In this document: piece after piece, positions 18,350 through 27,652 of the stretch
Layout: every line of letters begins with the position of its first letter
Position numbering within the stretch: the stretch's first letter is position 1
Source: Candidatus Woesebacteria bacterium RBG_13_46_13
GTDB lineage: Bacteria > Patescibacteriota > Microgenomatia > UBA8517
Direction: 5' to 3'
Length of the DNA stretch: 64,000 nt
Assembly (NCBI GenBank): GCA_001791995.1
Contig: MGFR01000001.1
Span: 78,880 to 142,879, forward strand
The notes under the pieces: model-generated
Databases searched by the model: none
What the model saw: the letters and a program-made list of their open reading frames with translations, nothing else
Told to the model about the DNA's origin: nothing
Position numbers and translations under genes: made by a program

Positions 18350-18592
18350 TCATTTTTTGCTTTTGGATTTATATTTCAGCAGACGGAAAAGTCCTTTAGA
18401 TGGTTTGTAAACCTTGTCAGGAAATCTTTCGACAAGTTTCCACACGCATCCGTTAACCGTTTTCGGATGAAAGCTGCTATCTGATGCCTCAATTTTTGAA
18501 AGCAGTTCTGACCAATGCAGACCCTCTGGATGCTCCTCGAGCAACTCAAAAGTTTTTGCGTTTATTCGTCCTGTAACTGTGGATTTGCCCAT
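18350..18592 (-). CDS. Small hypothetical, possibly winged-helix DNA-binding
   Basis: MGKSTVTGRINAK...HPEGLHWSEL...KTVNGCVW...VYKPSKGLFRL; basic helix-turn-helix-wing-like layout. Confidence 0.65.
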   Translation of the reverse strand: MGKSTVTGRINAKTFELLEEHPEGLHWSELLSKIEASDSSFHPKTVNGCVWKLVERFPDKVYKPSKGLFRLLKYKSKSKK

Positions 18593-18610
18593 TAGCAGTT
18601 TTCTGTGTTT

Positions 18611-18748
18611 TGGCTCAATTATGTGCTCGAGAATCGTAACTCTAATATAACCATGCAATTGTCTCATATTTTCAAGGCTTTTTCAGACTTTAGGCTTGTG
18701 GCTCAAATCATGGAAGAAATAGAAAAACTTAATCCATTACTGATTTAA
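18611..18748 (+). repeat. Cassette boundary copy 1: att-like core plus start-less peptide tail
   Basis: In frame from TGG: WLNYVLENRNSNITMQLSHIFKAFSDFRLVAQIMEEIEKLNPLLI*. Confidence 0.65.
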
Positions 18749-19382
18749 CAATGCAATCATCAGAAAACTCTTTCCCACCATTAGGGTCTTCTCTTTCTTT
18801 TGCTTTTTTTCTTTCTTTTGCTATGAAAAATAATCTTTCCAACTCATTTTTTATTTGGATATGATTAAAGTTGTCCAATTTAACAAGACTATTGATGTCG
18901 TTTTTTAAATATCTCTCGTAGCCAGTCCCTGTGCCAATTAATTGTTTTCCGCTCCATCTATTCAGCTTGGGTTGGGGATCCCAATAAAATTCATAAACTT
19001 CGTAATTTCCATTCTGATAATTTTTTCCACATAAAACAAATCCTGAATTTTTGAAGTAGCTATTATTAGGCGCGGCATTTATATTTATGCGCAGCTGCTG
19101 TACAACGATAGGCTCAATAAATTCTTGAAAGTCTTTACTAATTAATTCTAGGCCTTTGCCCTTCCAACTTCCTAATTTTTCATATTCCTGGCAATAAAAA
19201 TCCCAATATTTTCCATTAAATTGGTTACCTCCGTGATTGAAAATAATTAAGGGGCAAGAATTAAACTTGCATATTTTATCAAAACCGTCTCTAAATCCTT
19301 CCTGATATTTTTTATCTTCATATCTTGTATCAGCACAAACACATATATCGTCATCGCAAATTGCTGTAAGAATTAGGGTCAT
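18729..19382 (-). CDS. Putative Ntn-hydrolase (proteasome beta/HslV-like) protein
   Basis: Begins M-T-L-I-L, with CADTR..., then FDKI and a later GTG, resembling Ntn proteases. Confidence 0.55.
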   Translation of the reverse strand: MTLILTAICDDDICVCADTRYEDKKYQEGFRDGFDKICKFNSCPLIIFNHGGNQFNGKYWDFYCQEYEKLGSWKGKGLELISKDFQEFIEPIVVQQLRININAAPNNSYFKNSGFVLCGKNYQNGNYEVYEFYWDPQPKLNRWSGKQLIGTGTGYERYLKNDINSLVKLDNFNHIQIKNELERLFFIAKERKKAKEREDPNGGKEFSDDCIVKSVMD

Positions 19383-19387
19383 AACTT

Positions 19388-20170
19388 TTACTCTTTAGGT
19401 TCCCATTTAAGAGCTTTAATAATTTCGCCAGTACATTCCTTATCAACTTCATCCAACAACATCCCGTTAAATAGCAACATCCCTGGATATAGAAGCATTA
19501 AATTTACTGGAGCAATAAAATGAGTTCCTGAGGCAACAGCTGGCCTAGCCCCTTTAACAAAAACCTGGCCGATTAATCCAAGCACAAGCAAATAATTAAC
19601 ATCTTCGTAAATCCCTTGAGTTTTTTCATCCGGAGTTCCTCTACCTGTTGAACTATATGGCAATGGTTTTGAAGAAAGGTTGAAACAATTTTCCCACTGG
19701 TTTCGCCCGACCACTGATAATACACCTAATTGCCTATAGCTTAATTGATCGGCTAATATCAAAGATTGAATTAGATTGTCGATTGGGGTATTTGTAAATG
19801 GGGCTCGGCCGAATAAATTTGCCAACAAAGGGATCTTTTTGTCTTCATATTCATCCTTAGCCGCCAACAGAGTCCCCTCGAATAGTTCGCCTATTTTCTT
19901 ATCTTTTGCATTCTCGGTTGGCTTAGAGCCACTACTGATCTGTTTTTGAATAATTTTATTCGCAAGCTCAGCCACTTTTTCAATCCGAGATTTCTCCTTT
20001 TTACTTAAAAACCTTTTAAGAACATCCGAAAGTATCGGAGCTGTTGCTCCACCAATTAATGCACCCGGAGGTCCTGCCACCACTAATCCAAACCCCGCAC
20101 CGACTAGCCCCGATCCTGTATCAATCGCAATTTCCTTTGTAAAATCATTTTGTTTTTTCATATATGCCAT
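19388..20170 (-). CDS. Hypothetical protein (possibly Abi-alpha/DUF4393-like)
   Basis: N-terminal Gly-zipper, helical core EDKKIPLLANL, C-terminal ...LLVLGLI; low GC. Confidence 0.55.
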   Translation of the reverse strand: MAYMKKQNDFTKEIAIDTGSGLVGAGFGLVVAGPPGALIGGATAPILSDVLKRFLSKKEKSRIEKVAELANKIIQKQISSGSKPTENAKDKKIGELFEGTLLAAKDEYEDKKIPLLANLFGRAPFTNTPIDNLIQSLILADQLSYRQLGVLSVVGRNQWENCFNLSSKPLPYSSTGRGTPDEKTQGIYEDVNYLLVLGLIGQVFVKGARPAVASGTHFIAPVNLMLLYPGMLLFNGMLLDEVDKECTGEIIKALKWEPKE

Positions 20171-20223
20171 CCAAGAAGTGAGTTGATTTTACATTAATAG
20201 ATTTTGGTATATTAAGTGCCGAT

Positions 20224-20376
20224 TGGCTCCGTGTTCCTAGTTTCGCACTGACCACTGCTTTGTCCCGTATTCTCAAGGCTTTCCAAAACCCAATCTGGAC
20301 AGAACAAGCAAGGTCTAGATTGGAAGAAATAAAAAAATTACAAAATCCCCCTCGAGTTATATTTGCTAAAACTTAA
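20224..20376 (+). repeat. Cassette boundary copy 2: att-like core plus start-less peptide tail
   Basis: In frame from TGG: WLRVPSFALTTALSRILKAFQNPIWTEQARSRLEEIKKLQNPPRVIFAKT*. Confidence 0.65.
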
Positions 20377-21573
20377 TTAAGTTTCTATTTCCATATCAAT
20401 ATTAGGCACCTTTCCGTATCCCTGAAGTACAGCTATGAATCTTTCACCAAAACCTATTGACTTGATTAAAGTTTCTGGATTCCCCGCCTTCTCCAATAAC
20501 CATTCGCCAGTATCAGTCTCTTCGTCAGTTCCATAGTGATAAGAGTAATTGGTAAATACTATAGCGTTAGAAGGAGATTGTTTACCTTTGGTGGCAAATT
20601 GAGCCGCATCTCTCATTTTTGTAATGGTACCAACCCAAGGCACTTCTTCGGGACGAGCACCAGGTGAGAGTGGTAAGTTCATATCAATAAATACAATGAA
20701 TGGTTTACCTTGCACCCTCTGTTTAAGAGCGTTTCTATATAACTTAAGTACGTTTGAACGAAATTCGCGTTCTTGGTTAAACTCTCCTCCTATATGTAAC
20801 ACTCCCTCCCGTTCTTTACTTTTAACTTCAACAATAATTTCCTCTTTCGTTTCTGGATGTGTAGCTACGAATTCCGAATGCTTCGGCTGATTCTTTTTTC
20901 CCGCATACTCTTCATCAAGAAACTTGATTTTATATCCCATACGAGCGAACATGGCAGCCACAGCAATCTCATATCTAACGCTTTGGTAGCCATCGTATGC
21001 CCTAAGCTTATTCAAAAATATTTCAGGAAGATGGACAGCATGAAGCAGACTACATACATCAAACGCTAATGCAATCAACGCTCGTGAATAACCATCTGGA
21101 ATTGCCCGCCACATACCCCTGTACAAATTTTCTGGCCGTTGGTTTTTCTCCTTCCATTCATAATGCTTAGTGAAACATTTAAAAACGAAGTGTTGCTCAT
21201 TTTCGGGTAGTTTCAGTTGTGATTCCCACCATTCTTTACCTAAGGTCATTTTCAGTACATAGATAATAAATTCGTGGAAAGTTTCACCCTCTTTTTGGTA
21301 TGGGTATACACGGCTACCTAATGCCCATACTTTTTTACCTTTAAAATGGATTGGCTGTACAAAATCAATGAATATTCCAACCTGTCGCAGTCTTTTTCTT
21401 CTCTCCACTTGTTCTGTTTCTACCTCTCGCATCATCCTCTCAATCTCGGGGGTGGTATGTTCAATTTTAGTAACTTTGGGGACACCATAAGGAAAACCGC
21501 CCGTTAAAAGATGACATTTTTTATATTTCTTCCCGCTTCCACAGGGGCATGGGTCATTTCTTCCTATTTTCAT
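20377..21573 (-). CDS. SEC-C motif protein with probable PD-(D/E)XK-like domain
   Basis: [21 protein letters not shown]-terminus; YEIAVAAMF...HSEFVA...IIVEVKS. Confidence 0.7.
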   Translation of the reverse strand: MKIGRNDPCPCGSGKKYKKCHLLTGGFPYGVPKVTKIEHTTPEIERMMREVETEQVERRKRLRQVGIFIDFVQPIHFKGKKVWALGSRVYPYQKEGETFHEFIIYVLKMTLGKEWWESQLKLPENEQHFVFKCFTKHYEWKEKNQRPENLYRGMWRAIPDGYSRALIALAFDVCSLLHAVHLPEIFLNKLRAYDGYQSVRYEIAVAAMFARMGYKIKFLDEEYAGKKNQPKHSEFVATHPETKEEIIVEVKSKEREGVLHIGGEFNQEREFRSNVLKLYRNALKQRVQGKPFIVFIDMNLPLSPGARPEEVPWVGTITKMRDAAQFATKGKQSPSNAIVFTNYSYHYGTDEETDTGEWLLEKAGNPETLIKSIGFGERFIAVLQGYGKVPNIDMEIET

Positions 21574-21612
21574 AAAGGAGCTTCTGAGTTTATTGGTCAG
21601 ATTAAGACAATT

Positions 21613-21687
21613 TGGCTCCTCGGGCAGGATTCGGACCTGCGACCTTGCCCTTAACAGGGGCCCGCTCTACCACTGAGCTACCGAGGA
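21613..21687 (-). tRNA. tRNA-Asn(GTT), CCA encoded
   Basis: Acceptor TCCTCGG/CCGAGGA-G-CCA; anticodon loop CTGTTAA; T-arm GGTCCGAATCC. Confidence 0.93.
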
Positions 21688-21777
21688 ATATACTTGGCGG
21701 CCTAAATTATATCAGTTAGCCTCAATTCATGCCAGTTCCGATTGCCTTTTGAGCACAGCCTCTATATGATTTATAGA

Positions 21778-22167
21778 ATGAAACGCTTCGGGATAATTAT
21801 CGCAATTGTCACAATAGCCATACTGGGAGGAGGGGTTTACCTTTTTTCCAAGGGCGGAAAGTCCCAAACCGTTCCGTCCGTGTCGGGTTACGAATATTAT
21901 TGGGGGACCGGTTGCCCCCACTGCGCAAAAGTCGACGAGTTTTTCCAGACCTGGGCCCTAAAGGATAAAGTGGAAATAGCCAAGAGGGAGGTCTGGTACA
22001 ACAAGACCAACGCCAAAATCTTTGCCGCCAGGCTTGATGCCTGCCAAATTCCCCAACAAGAAAGGGGTGTGCCTGTTTTGGTTACTCCGGAAGGAAAGTG
22101 TCTTTCGGGAGATGAGCCGATAATTAACCATTTAAAGGAAATCAAAATCGATGAAAAAAGCATTTAA
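21778..22167 (+). CDS. Membrane-anchored thioredoxin/glutaredoxin-like protein
   Basis: N-terminal TM, GCPHC, GVP cis-Pro motif. Confidence 0.8.
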   Translation: MKRFGIIIAIVTIAILGGGVYLFSKGGKSQTVPSVSGYEYYWGTGCPHCAKVDEFFQTWALKDKVEIAKREVWYNKTNAKIFAARLDACQIPQQERGVPVLVTPEGKCLSGDEPIINHLKEIKIDEKSI

Positions 22168-22666
22168 GATTCTTTCAGCGTTATTTGTAGTTCTTTTCGT
22201 CTTTCCGGTGAAGACCTACGCCGTTTGCCCAATTTGCACGGTGGCTGTTGCCGCAGGGCTGGGGCTCTCTCGGTATCTGGGAATCGACGATGCGGTCTCC
22301 AGTATCTGGATTGGGGGCTTAATCCTTTCGGTTTCTTTCTGGACGATAGACTGGCTGAGCAAGAAAAAGGTCGCCTTTAAATACAAAAACATCCTGGTTT
22401 TCGTTTTCTGGTATGGCCTGACCTTAATCCCATTGCAGCTTACTGGAATCATGGGGCATCCCTTCAACGTAATCTTGGGAGTAGATAAAATCCTTTTCGG
22501 AACAGCTGTTGGTTCGATTTTCTTTCTTTTGGGAGTCTGGGCGGACAAGAAGGTCCGGGAAAAAAGAGGCAAACAGCTCTTTGCGTTCCAAAGGGTGGTC
22601 TTTCCGATGGTTTCGCTGGCTATCGCCTCTCTTGTTGTATACTTTTACGGAGGGTATCTTTACTAA
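22151..22666 (+). CDS. Membrane protein with N-terminal CPIC motif
   Basis: Signal-like leader, AVCPICTVAV..GLGLSR.LGIDD, 4 TMs. Confidence 0.75.
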   Translation: MKKAFKILSALFVVLFVFPVKTYAVCPICTVAVAAGLGLSRYLGIDDAVSSIWIGGLILSVSFWTIDWLSKKKVAFKYKNILVFVFWYGLTLIPLQLTGIMGHPFNVILGVDKILFGTAVGSIFFLLGVWADKKVREKRGKQLFAFQRVVFPMVSLAIASLVVYFYGGYLY

Positions 22667-23215
22667 ATGGCCGACAAGAAAAAAATACAAAGTCTCCTGG
22701 ATAAGGTGGAGGCTGCCACTGCCAAGAACAAAATCGATTTATCCTCGGCCGAGGATCTATCCATCGGGATAATGAACCTAATTGCCATTGAGGAGCATCT
22801 CTTTTTCTCCTCCCAGAAAACCGGCAAACCCCAGTATCTTGAGCTTCTAAACGAGGTGCGGCTGATGCGTACGGAGCTGATGAAGGATATTATCAAGGAT
22901 TACGAGGGCGAGGTCTGGTGTATCAGCAAACACCTCCTCTCAGCCACCATGAGGCTGATTGAGGTCGGCACCAAAGAGCTCAAAAAGGGCGAAAAGAAGA
23001 AAGCCTGGTATCTGTTCGAAAAGGCTTACAAGCTCTATTCCCTTTTCTGGGGAATCAATCTTGATATCGTGCACCTGGAGGAGGTCAAAAGGGACAAATT
23101 CGAAGACCCCAAGATTGACCTGATCGACGAAGAGGGGAAAAAGAGTGGTTCTTCCTCTGTTTTTGACAAACTGGGCTCAATCATCAAGAAAGCGGTTGAT
23201 TGCTGCAAAGAGTAG
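22667..23215 (+). CDS. Helical hypothetical protein with His/Cys motifs
   Basis: NLIAIEEH, WCISKHLL, C-terminal DCCKE; directly abuts upstream gene. Confidence 0.75.
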   Translation: MADKKKIQSLLDKVEAATAKNKIDLSSAEDLSIGIMNLIAIEEHLFFSSQKTGKPQYLELLNEVRLMRTELMKDIIKDYEGEVWCISKHLLSATMRLIEVGTKELKKGEKKKAWYLFEKAYKLYSLFWGINLDIVHLEEVKRDKFEDPKIDLIDEEGKKSGSSSVFDKLGSIIKKAVDCCKE

Positions 23216-23216
23216 C

Positions 23217-24296
23217 TCAGTCCAGGTAATCCTGAAGTTTCTTTCTTCTGGAGGGGTGTTTCAACTTTCTTAAGGCTTTGGCTTCGATTTGTCTGATTCG
23301 TTCTCTGGTTACCCCGAAAACTTTACCTACCTCCTCCAGGGTCATCTGTTTATTGCCTTCAAGACCGAATCTAAGCTTCAAGACTCTGGCTTCCCTGTCC
23401 GACAGGGTTGCCAAAACCTCATCCAAATGGTCTTTCAGAAGCTGCTTTGAAGCCTGGTCAACCGGGGAAAGGGTGCTTTCATCGGGAATAAAATCTCCCA
23501 AAAAGCTTTCCTGGTCTTCTCCGACCGGGGCCTCCAGCGAGGTCACCTCCTGGGCAATCTTAAAGATTTCCCTGACTCTGTCCGGCTCAATCTCCAGCTC
23601 TGATCCTATCTCCTCGGGGGTGGGCTCACGTCCCAGCTCCTGCATCAATCTTCTTGAGGTGCGGTAGAGCTTATTGATGGTCTCAACCATGTGCACCGGA
23701 ATTCTGATTGTCCTGGCCTGGTCGGCAATGGCCCGGGTAATGGCCTGGCGAATCCACCAGGTGGCGTAGGTTGAGAATTTAAAACCTTTTCTCCAGTCGT
23801 ATTTCTCAACTGCCCTGATAAGTCCCTGGTTGCCTTCCTGGATAAGATCCAAAAGGGAAAGGCCCCTGCCGATATATTTCTTGGCGATTGAAACCACCAG
23901 CCTCAGGTTTGATTCGGTGAGCTTATCCTTGGCTCTTTTGTCGGCTTTCTCATATCTTTTGGCCAGCTCAACCTCCTCTTCAGCATCCAAGAGGGGAACC
24001 TTGCCGATCTCGCGCAAATACTGTCTGACCGGATCTGTGCTTTCTATGCCTTCGAGTTTGGAAAGAATCTCTATCTCCCTGTCCAGTTTCTCCTGGGCTT
24101 TTTCGTCGGTTTCAATCTCTTCCGGAGTGATGGATTCGAAAACGTCGATATTCTCGGAGAGTAGTTTTTCGTAAAGGTCATCCAGTTCGGCAATTCTGGC
24201 CTCGGCATTGGGAAAGACCTCCAGGATATCGTCCTGGGTCAAAAAACCCTGGTCTCTGCCTTTTTTGATAAGTTCCTGAACCGGTTTTCTAATCAT
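23217..24296 (-). CDS. rpoD: Primary sigma factor RpoD
   Basis: [50 protein letters not shown]. Confidence 0.97.
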   Translation of the reverse strand: MIRKPVQELIKKGRDQGFLTQDDILEVFPNAEARIAELDDLYEKLLSENIDVFESITPEEIETDEKAQEKLDREIEILSKLEGIESTDPVRQYLREIGKVPLLDAEEEVELAKRYEKADKRAKDKLTESNLRLVVSIAKKYIGRGLSLLDLIQEGNQGLIRAVEKYDWRKGFKFSTYATWWIRQAITRAIADQARTIRIPVHMVETINKLYRTSRRLMQELGREPTPEEIGSELEIEPDRVREIFKIAQEVTSLEAPVGEDQESFLGDFIPDESTLSPVDQASKQLLKDHLDEVLATLSDREARVLKLRFGLEGNKQMTLEEVGKVFGVTRERIRQIEAKALRKLKHPSRRKKLQDYLD

Positions 24297-26101
24297 GTTT
24301 TCTGTACCTCACTTAGGATTATACCTCCTTCTTGTTCCGCAAGCTTGGAAAGTTTTAACGAAAGCTCGCCAAATTTCTCCTGGACATCTTTAAGTTTAGC
24401 CTTCTCTCCCGCTTCCTCAAACTGGCGAATCTTGGCTCCCAACTGCTCCAGTTTGTGCCTAACCTCTTGAATCGTCAGTTCACGGATGACCAAATCCTGT
24501 TCTTTTTTCAGCTCCTCTTTATCCTCCACCAAGCCTTCGGTGTCCCTTAAAACCATCTCGGCAAAGCCCTCCACCAGCTCTTTGGGGAGCTTCTCGGCAA
24601 ACTCCGAAGGGCTAAAGGGTTTCCCGCCAGAGGAATATTTCTCGAATTCCTCAACGATTCTGTGGGGCAGAGGTGTGGCAATGAGCTTAAAAATTTTGGG
24701 CTCGATTAAAACTTTGGGGTCGGATTGGAAGGCCAGGGTCAGAAGCCTTTCTTCCAAGAGCTGTCTTCTGGCCTTTTCTTCTTTTTTGACGATTCCGACT
24801 TCCAGTTTAGGGGTCTCGGTTTGGGTCTGGACCTCCTCTATCTGCTGGGTAACTGCGGTTGCCGGCACCCCGAGCTTGGAAGCAACGATCTCAATGTAGT
24901 GGGCTTGGACTATTTTGTCCGGAATCGAAGCCAGGATAGGAACGATTTCCCTGCTTATTTTTGCCTTGCCTTCTCCGGTTGAATCGTCGAGTCTGGAAAA
25001 AACGGATTCCACGATAAAATCCCAAACACCTACCGCACCCTCAAGAATTTTTTTGTACCCGGCCGGGTCTTTCCGGACAGCCTCGTCCGGATCCTTAAAC
25101 TCACCCATTATGGCCATCTTAACCTCCAGGCCCTGCTTTTGGGCAATAACCACCCCGCGTCTGGCCGCAACGTCTCCGGCCAGGTCGCTGTCCAGTGCCA
25201 GGATAATCTTGCGGGTAAACCGGGAGAGAAGTCTGACCTGCTCTTCGGTTAAGGCCGAACCTTTGATGGCAACCGTGTTTTTTACTCCCGCCTGCCAGGA
25301 AGAAATCATATCTAGTTCTCCCTCAACGATATTGGCCTCTCCCGCTTTTTTGATTTCTTCTTTGGCAACATTCAGTCCGAAAAGAAGATTCGATTTATGG
25401 TAGACGGGCGTTTCCGGAGAGTTGATGTATTTGGCCATCTCGGTTGAGGCGGTAGGCAGAACCCTGCCGGCAAACCCGGCGATGTTGCCCCGATGATCCG
25501 TTAAGGGAAAGATTATCCTGCCCCCGAATCTGTCGTAGACCCTGTCTCCCCGGATAACCACCAGCCCCAACCTGTCCACGTCTTTTAAACCGAATCTTTT
25601 TTTGCCCACCAAAAAACGGTTGAGGACGTTGGGTACATCCGGGGAAAATCCCAGACCGAAAGCCTTGATTGTTTCCAAGCTTAAGCCTCGGTCTTTAAGC
25701 AGGTAATTTAAGGCTCCCTGGCCGGCTCTGTGACTTAGTAAAATATAGTTGTAAAACTTTCCCGCAAAGGAATTGATTTCAAATAGTTTTTCTTTTTCTC
25801 CCGTCTCTCCCGGCCTGACCGAGACCAGCTTAACCCCCGCCTTATCCGCCAGAAAACGCAGGGCCTCGCCAAACTCCATCCCCTCATACTTCTGCAAAAA
25901 GGAATAGACGTCTCCGGCCTCTCCGCAGCCGAAACATTTATACATCTGCAACTCTGGGGAAACCATAAAAGAAGGGGTTTTTTCGCCGTGGAAGGGACAA
26001 AGCGCTTTATAATTCCTGCCGGCTTTCTTAAGAGGAATGTATTCTCCCAAAAGGGAAACGATGTCCGTTTTTTGCTTTATCTCGTCGACCTGGTCCGCCA
26101 T
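24293..26101 (-). CDS. dnaG: DNA primase
   Basis: CPFH...CFGC zinc finger, [28 protein letters not shown]. Confidence 0.97.
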   Translation of the reverse strand: MADQVDEIKQKTDIVSLLGEYIPLKKAGRNYKALCPFHGEKTPSFMVSPELQMYKCFGCGEAGDVYSFLQKYEGMEFGEALRFLADKAGVKLVSVRPGETGEKEKLFEINSFAGKFYNYILLSHRAGQGALNYLLKDRGLSLETIKAFGLGFSPDVPNVLNRFLVGKKRFGLKDVDRLGLVVIRGDRVYDRFGGRIIFPLTDHRGNIAGFAGRVLPTASTEMAKYINSPETPVYHKSNLLFGLNVAKEEIKKAGEANIVEGELDMISSWQAGVKNTVAIKGSALTEEQVRLLSRFTRKIILALDSDLAGDVAARRGVVIAQKQGLEVKMAIMGEFKDPDEAVRKDPAGYKKILEGAVGVWDFIVESVFSRLDDSTGEGKAKISREIVPILASIPDKIVQAHYIEIVASKLGVPATAVTQQIEEVQTQTETPKLEVGIVKKEEKARRQLLEERLLTLAFQSDPKVLIEPKIFKLIATPLPHRIVEEFEKYSSGGKPFSPSEFAEKLPKELVEGFAEMVLRDTEGLVEDKEELKKEQDLVIRELTIQEVRHKLEQLGAKIRQFEEAGEKAKLKDVQEKFGELSLKLSKLAEQEGGIILSEVQKT

Positions 26102-26154
26102 GGTTTGCGCATTTTATCATATCACCCGAAGAAAAACTGAAGATTGGCCTTGGG

Positions 26155-26241
26155 CGGTGAGGGAGGGATTCGAACCCTCGGTAACCTTGCGGCTACTCGC
26201 GCTCTCCAAGCGCGTGCACTAGACCACTATGCGACCTCACC
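26155..26241 (-). tRNA. tRNA-Ser(GGA)
   Basis: GGTGAGG/CCTCACC-G acceptor, CGCGC-TTGGAGA-GCGCG anticodon arm, long variable arm. Confidence 0.93.
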
Positions 26242-26248
26242 TTAGAGA

Positions 26249-26686
26249 TTACCTTTTTCTCTGACGCGCTTTTTCCCACTCTTTAAGTACGTCTTTGGCG
26301 TTCTTGTACATCTCTTTTTCTCTTTTGAGAGAAACTCTTTTAATTACGTCCTTAAGTTCCAGCCATTCGAATTTATCAAATCCGATCATCTCTCCCGCGG
26401 ACTGTTGGACCAAGAGATAATAGTAATACTTAACCGGAACCGATTTGCCGTTGATCAGGGTTGTCCCGCTGGCTCTCCCCGCTTCTTCCAAAATCCTGGC
26501 GTTCATGCCAGCCACCTCCCCGGTCATCCTGAGAGAGGCCCTCACCGAAGATTCCCCTTTGCGAACCGTAACTTTGGGAACCTCCCATTCCGCGTTCTCA
26601 CCTTGTTTGACCACCAAAAACTTACGCTTGCCGGCGTAATCTTTAAAAACAATCGCTCCTGATATCAAAAGTTGATTCGTTTTCAT
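26249..26686 (-). CDS. NUDIX-fold protein with degenerate Nudix box
   Basis: SGAIVF...FLVVKQ...WEVPK..RKGESSVRASLRMTGEVAG. Confidence 0.7.
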   Translation of the reverse strand: MKTNQLLISGAIVFKDYAGKRKFLVVKQGENAEWEVPKVTVRKGESSVRASLRMTGEVAGMNARILEEAGRASGTTLINGKSVPVKYYYYLLVQQSAGEMIGFDKFEWLELKDVIKRVSLKREKEMYKNAKDVLKEWEKARQRKR

Positions 26687-26694
26687 TTTTTTAT

Positions 26695-26782
26695 TGGCGG
26701 TGGGTACAGGATTCGAACCTGTGTAGGGCTTTCGCCCTCGGGTTTTCGAAACCCGCGCATTTGGCCGCTCTGCCAACCCACC
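26695..26782 (-). tRNA. tRNA-Ser(CGA), CCA encoded
   Basis: CGGGT-TTCGAAA-ACCCG anticodon arm, long variable arm, GGTTCGAATCC. Confidence 0.93.
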
Positions 26783-26857
26783 TGGTGCGCCTACCCAGAG
26801 TCGAACTGGGATCAACGGCTCCGCAAGCCGCTACTCTATCCATTAAGCTATAGGCGC
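26783..26857 (-). tRNA. tRNA-Arg(GCG), CCA encoded
   Basis: GCGCCTA/TAGGCGC-A-CCA acceptor; GCGGC-TTGCGGA-GCCGT anticodon arm. Confidence 0.9.
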
Positions 26858-26862
26858 TTAGA

Positions 26863-27405
26863 CTATTTGTTTCCCGGAAGTTTAGCGGCAAACCAATTGG
26901 CGGCCTTGTCCAGGTAGGAAGGTGGCGCCTCTTCTTCGGGCAAGAACTGGGAAAGCGCTTTTTTGACCTCTTCCTTGCTCTCGGGAGCCAAGACATACTC
27001 GATTCTTCCCGGCAGATTGGTACTTTCGACAACCAAAAGCTCGTTGTCAAACCTGCGGCTGAACCAGTATCTTACCAGAGCCTGCCAATCCGTTCTTTTT
27101 CCCGCAACCTTGATGCCCCGGCTGGTAATCTTATACTCCACAGCTTCGGGCTCAACGGTGCTCATGACATAGAAAAGGAAAATAAGCGAGATCAGAAGCA
27201 CAACTGGCATCCAGCCTTCAACCATAAATAGGATCAACCCCACCACGGCGGCGATGGCGATAATGGTAACGTAGTATTCCCGATCCCTACGTTTAAACGG
27301 TCTGGCCGGGGCGGTCCAGCTGATCAGGTCTTTTTCGGCCTCTCTGCGGATAACAACGGGCTGTGCTTCCTCTTTTAAAGTGCTCTTGTCCTCGGCAGTG
27401 GGCAT
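26863..27405 (-). CDS. Two-TM membrane protein with C-terminal beta (PH-like) domain
   Basis: ISWTAPARPFKRR, two TMs, YKITSRGIKV. Confidence 0.75.
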   Translation of the reverse strand: MPTAEDKSTLKEEAQPVVIRREAEKDLISWTAPARPFKRRDREYYVTIIAIAAVVGLILFMVEGWMPVVLLISLIFLFYVMSTVEPEAVEYKITSRGIKVAGKRTDWQALVRYWFSRRFDNELLVVESTNLPGRIEYVLAPESKEEVKKALSQFLPEEEAPPSYLDKAANWFAAKLPGNK

Positions 27406-27473
27406 ATTATGCGTATTATACCTCAAAGCAGGTTGGGTTCCAAGCTCATATCTGGTATACTTTAGGGCTATCT

Positions 27474-27558
27474 GGAGAGTATGCCGAGCGGCTAAGGCAA
27501 TGGTTTGCTAAACCATGGTCGCGAAAGCGGCCGGTGGGTTCGACTCCCGCACTCTCCG
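27474..27558 (+). tRNA. tRNA-Ser(GCT)
   Basis: GGAGAGT/ACTCTCC-G acceptor; ATGGT-TTGCTAA-ACCAT; long variable arm. Confidence 0.93.
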
Positions 27559-27562
27559 CCCA

Positions 27563-27651
27563 GGTGAGGTGGCCGAGCGGACTATGGCGTTGGTCTTGAA
27601 AACCAATGTGGGGATTTTTCCTCACCGTGGGTTCGAATCCCACCCTCACCG
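27563..27651 (+). tRNA. tRNA-Ser(TGA)
   Basis: GGTGAGG/CCTCACC-G; TTGGT-CTTGAAA-ACCAA; long variable arm. Confidence 0.93.
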
Positions 27652-27652
27652 C

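Larger units (their letters stand above)
18610..21618. mobile_element. Low-GC islet of two tandem cassettes at the 3' end of tRNA-Asn, no integrase
   Basis: AT-rich cargo; TTGGCTC core (reverse complement of tRNA 3' end) at 18610, 20223 and 21612; homologous tails after the first two cores. Confidence 0.7.

Noticed and set aside
26687-26815. N-terminal extension of the NUDIX ORF and other ORFs across the tRNAs
   Set aside because: They read through tRNA genes
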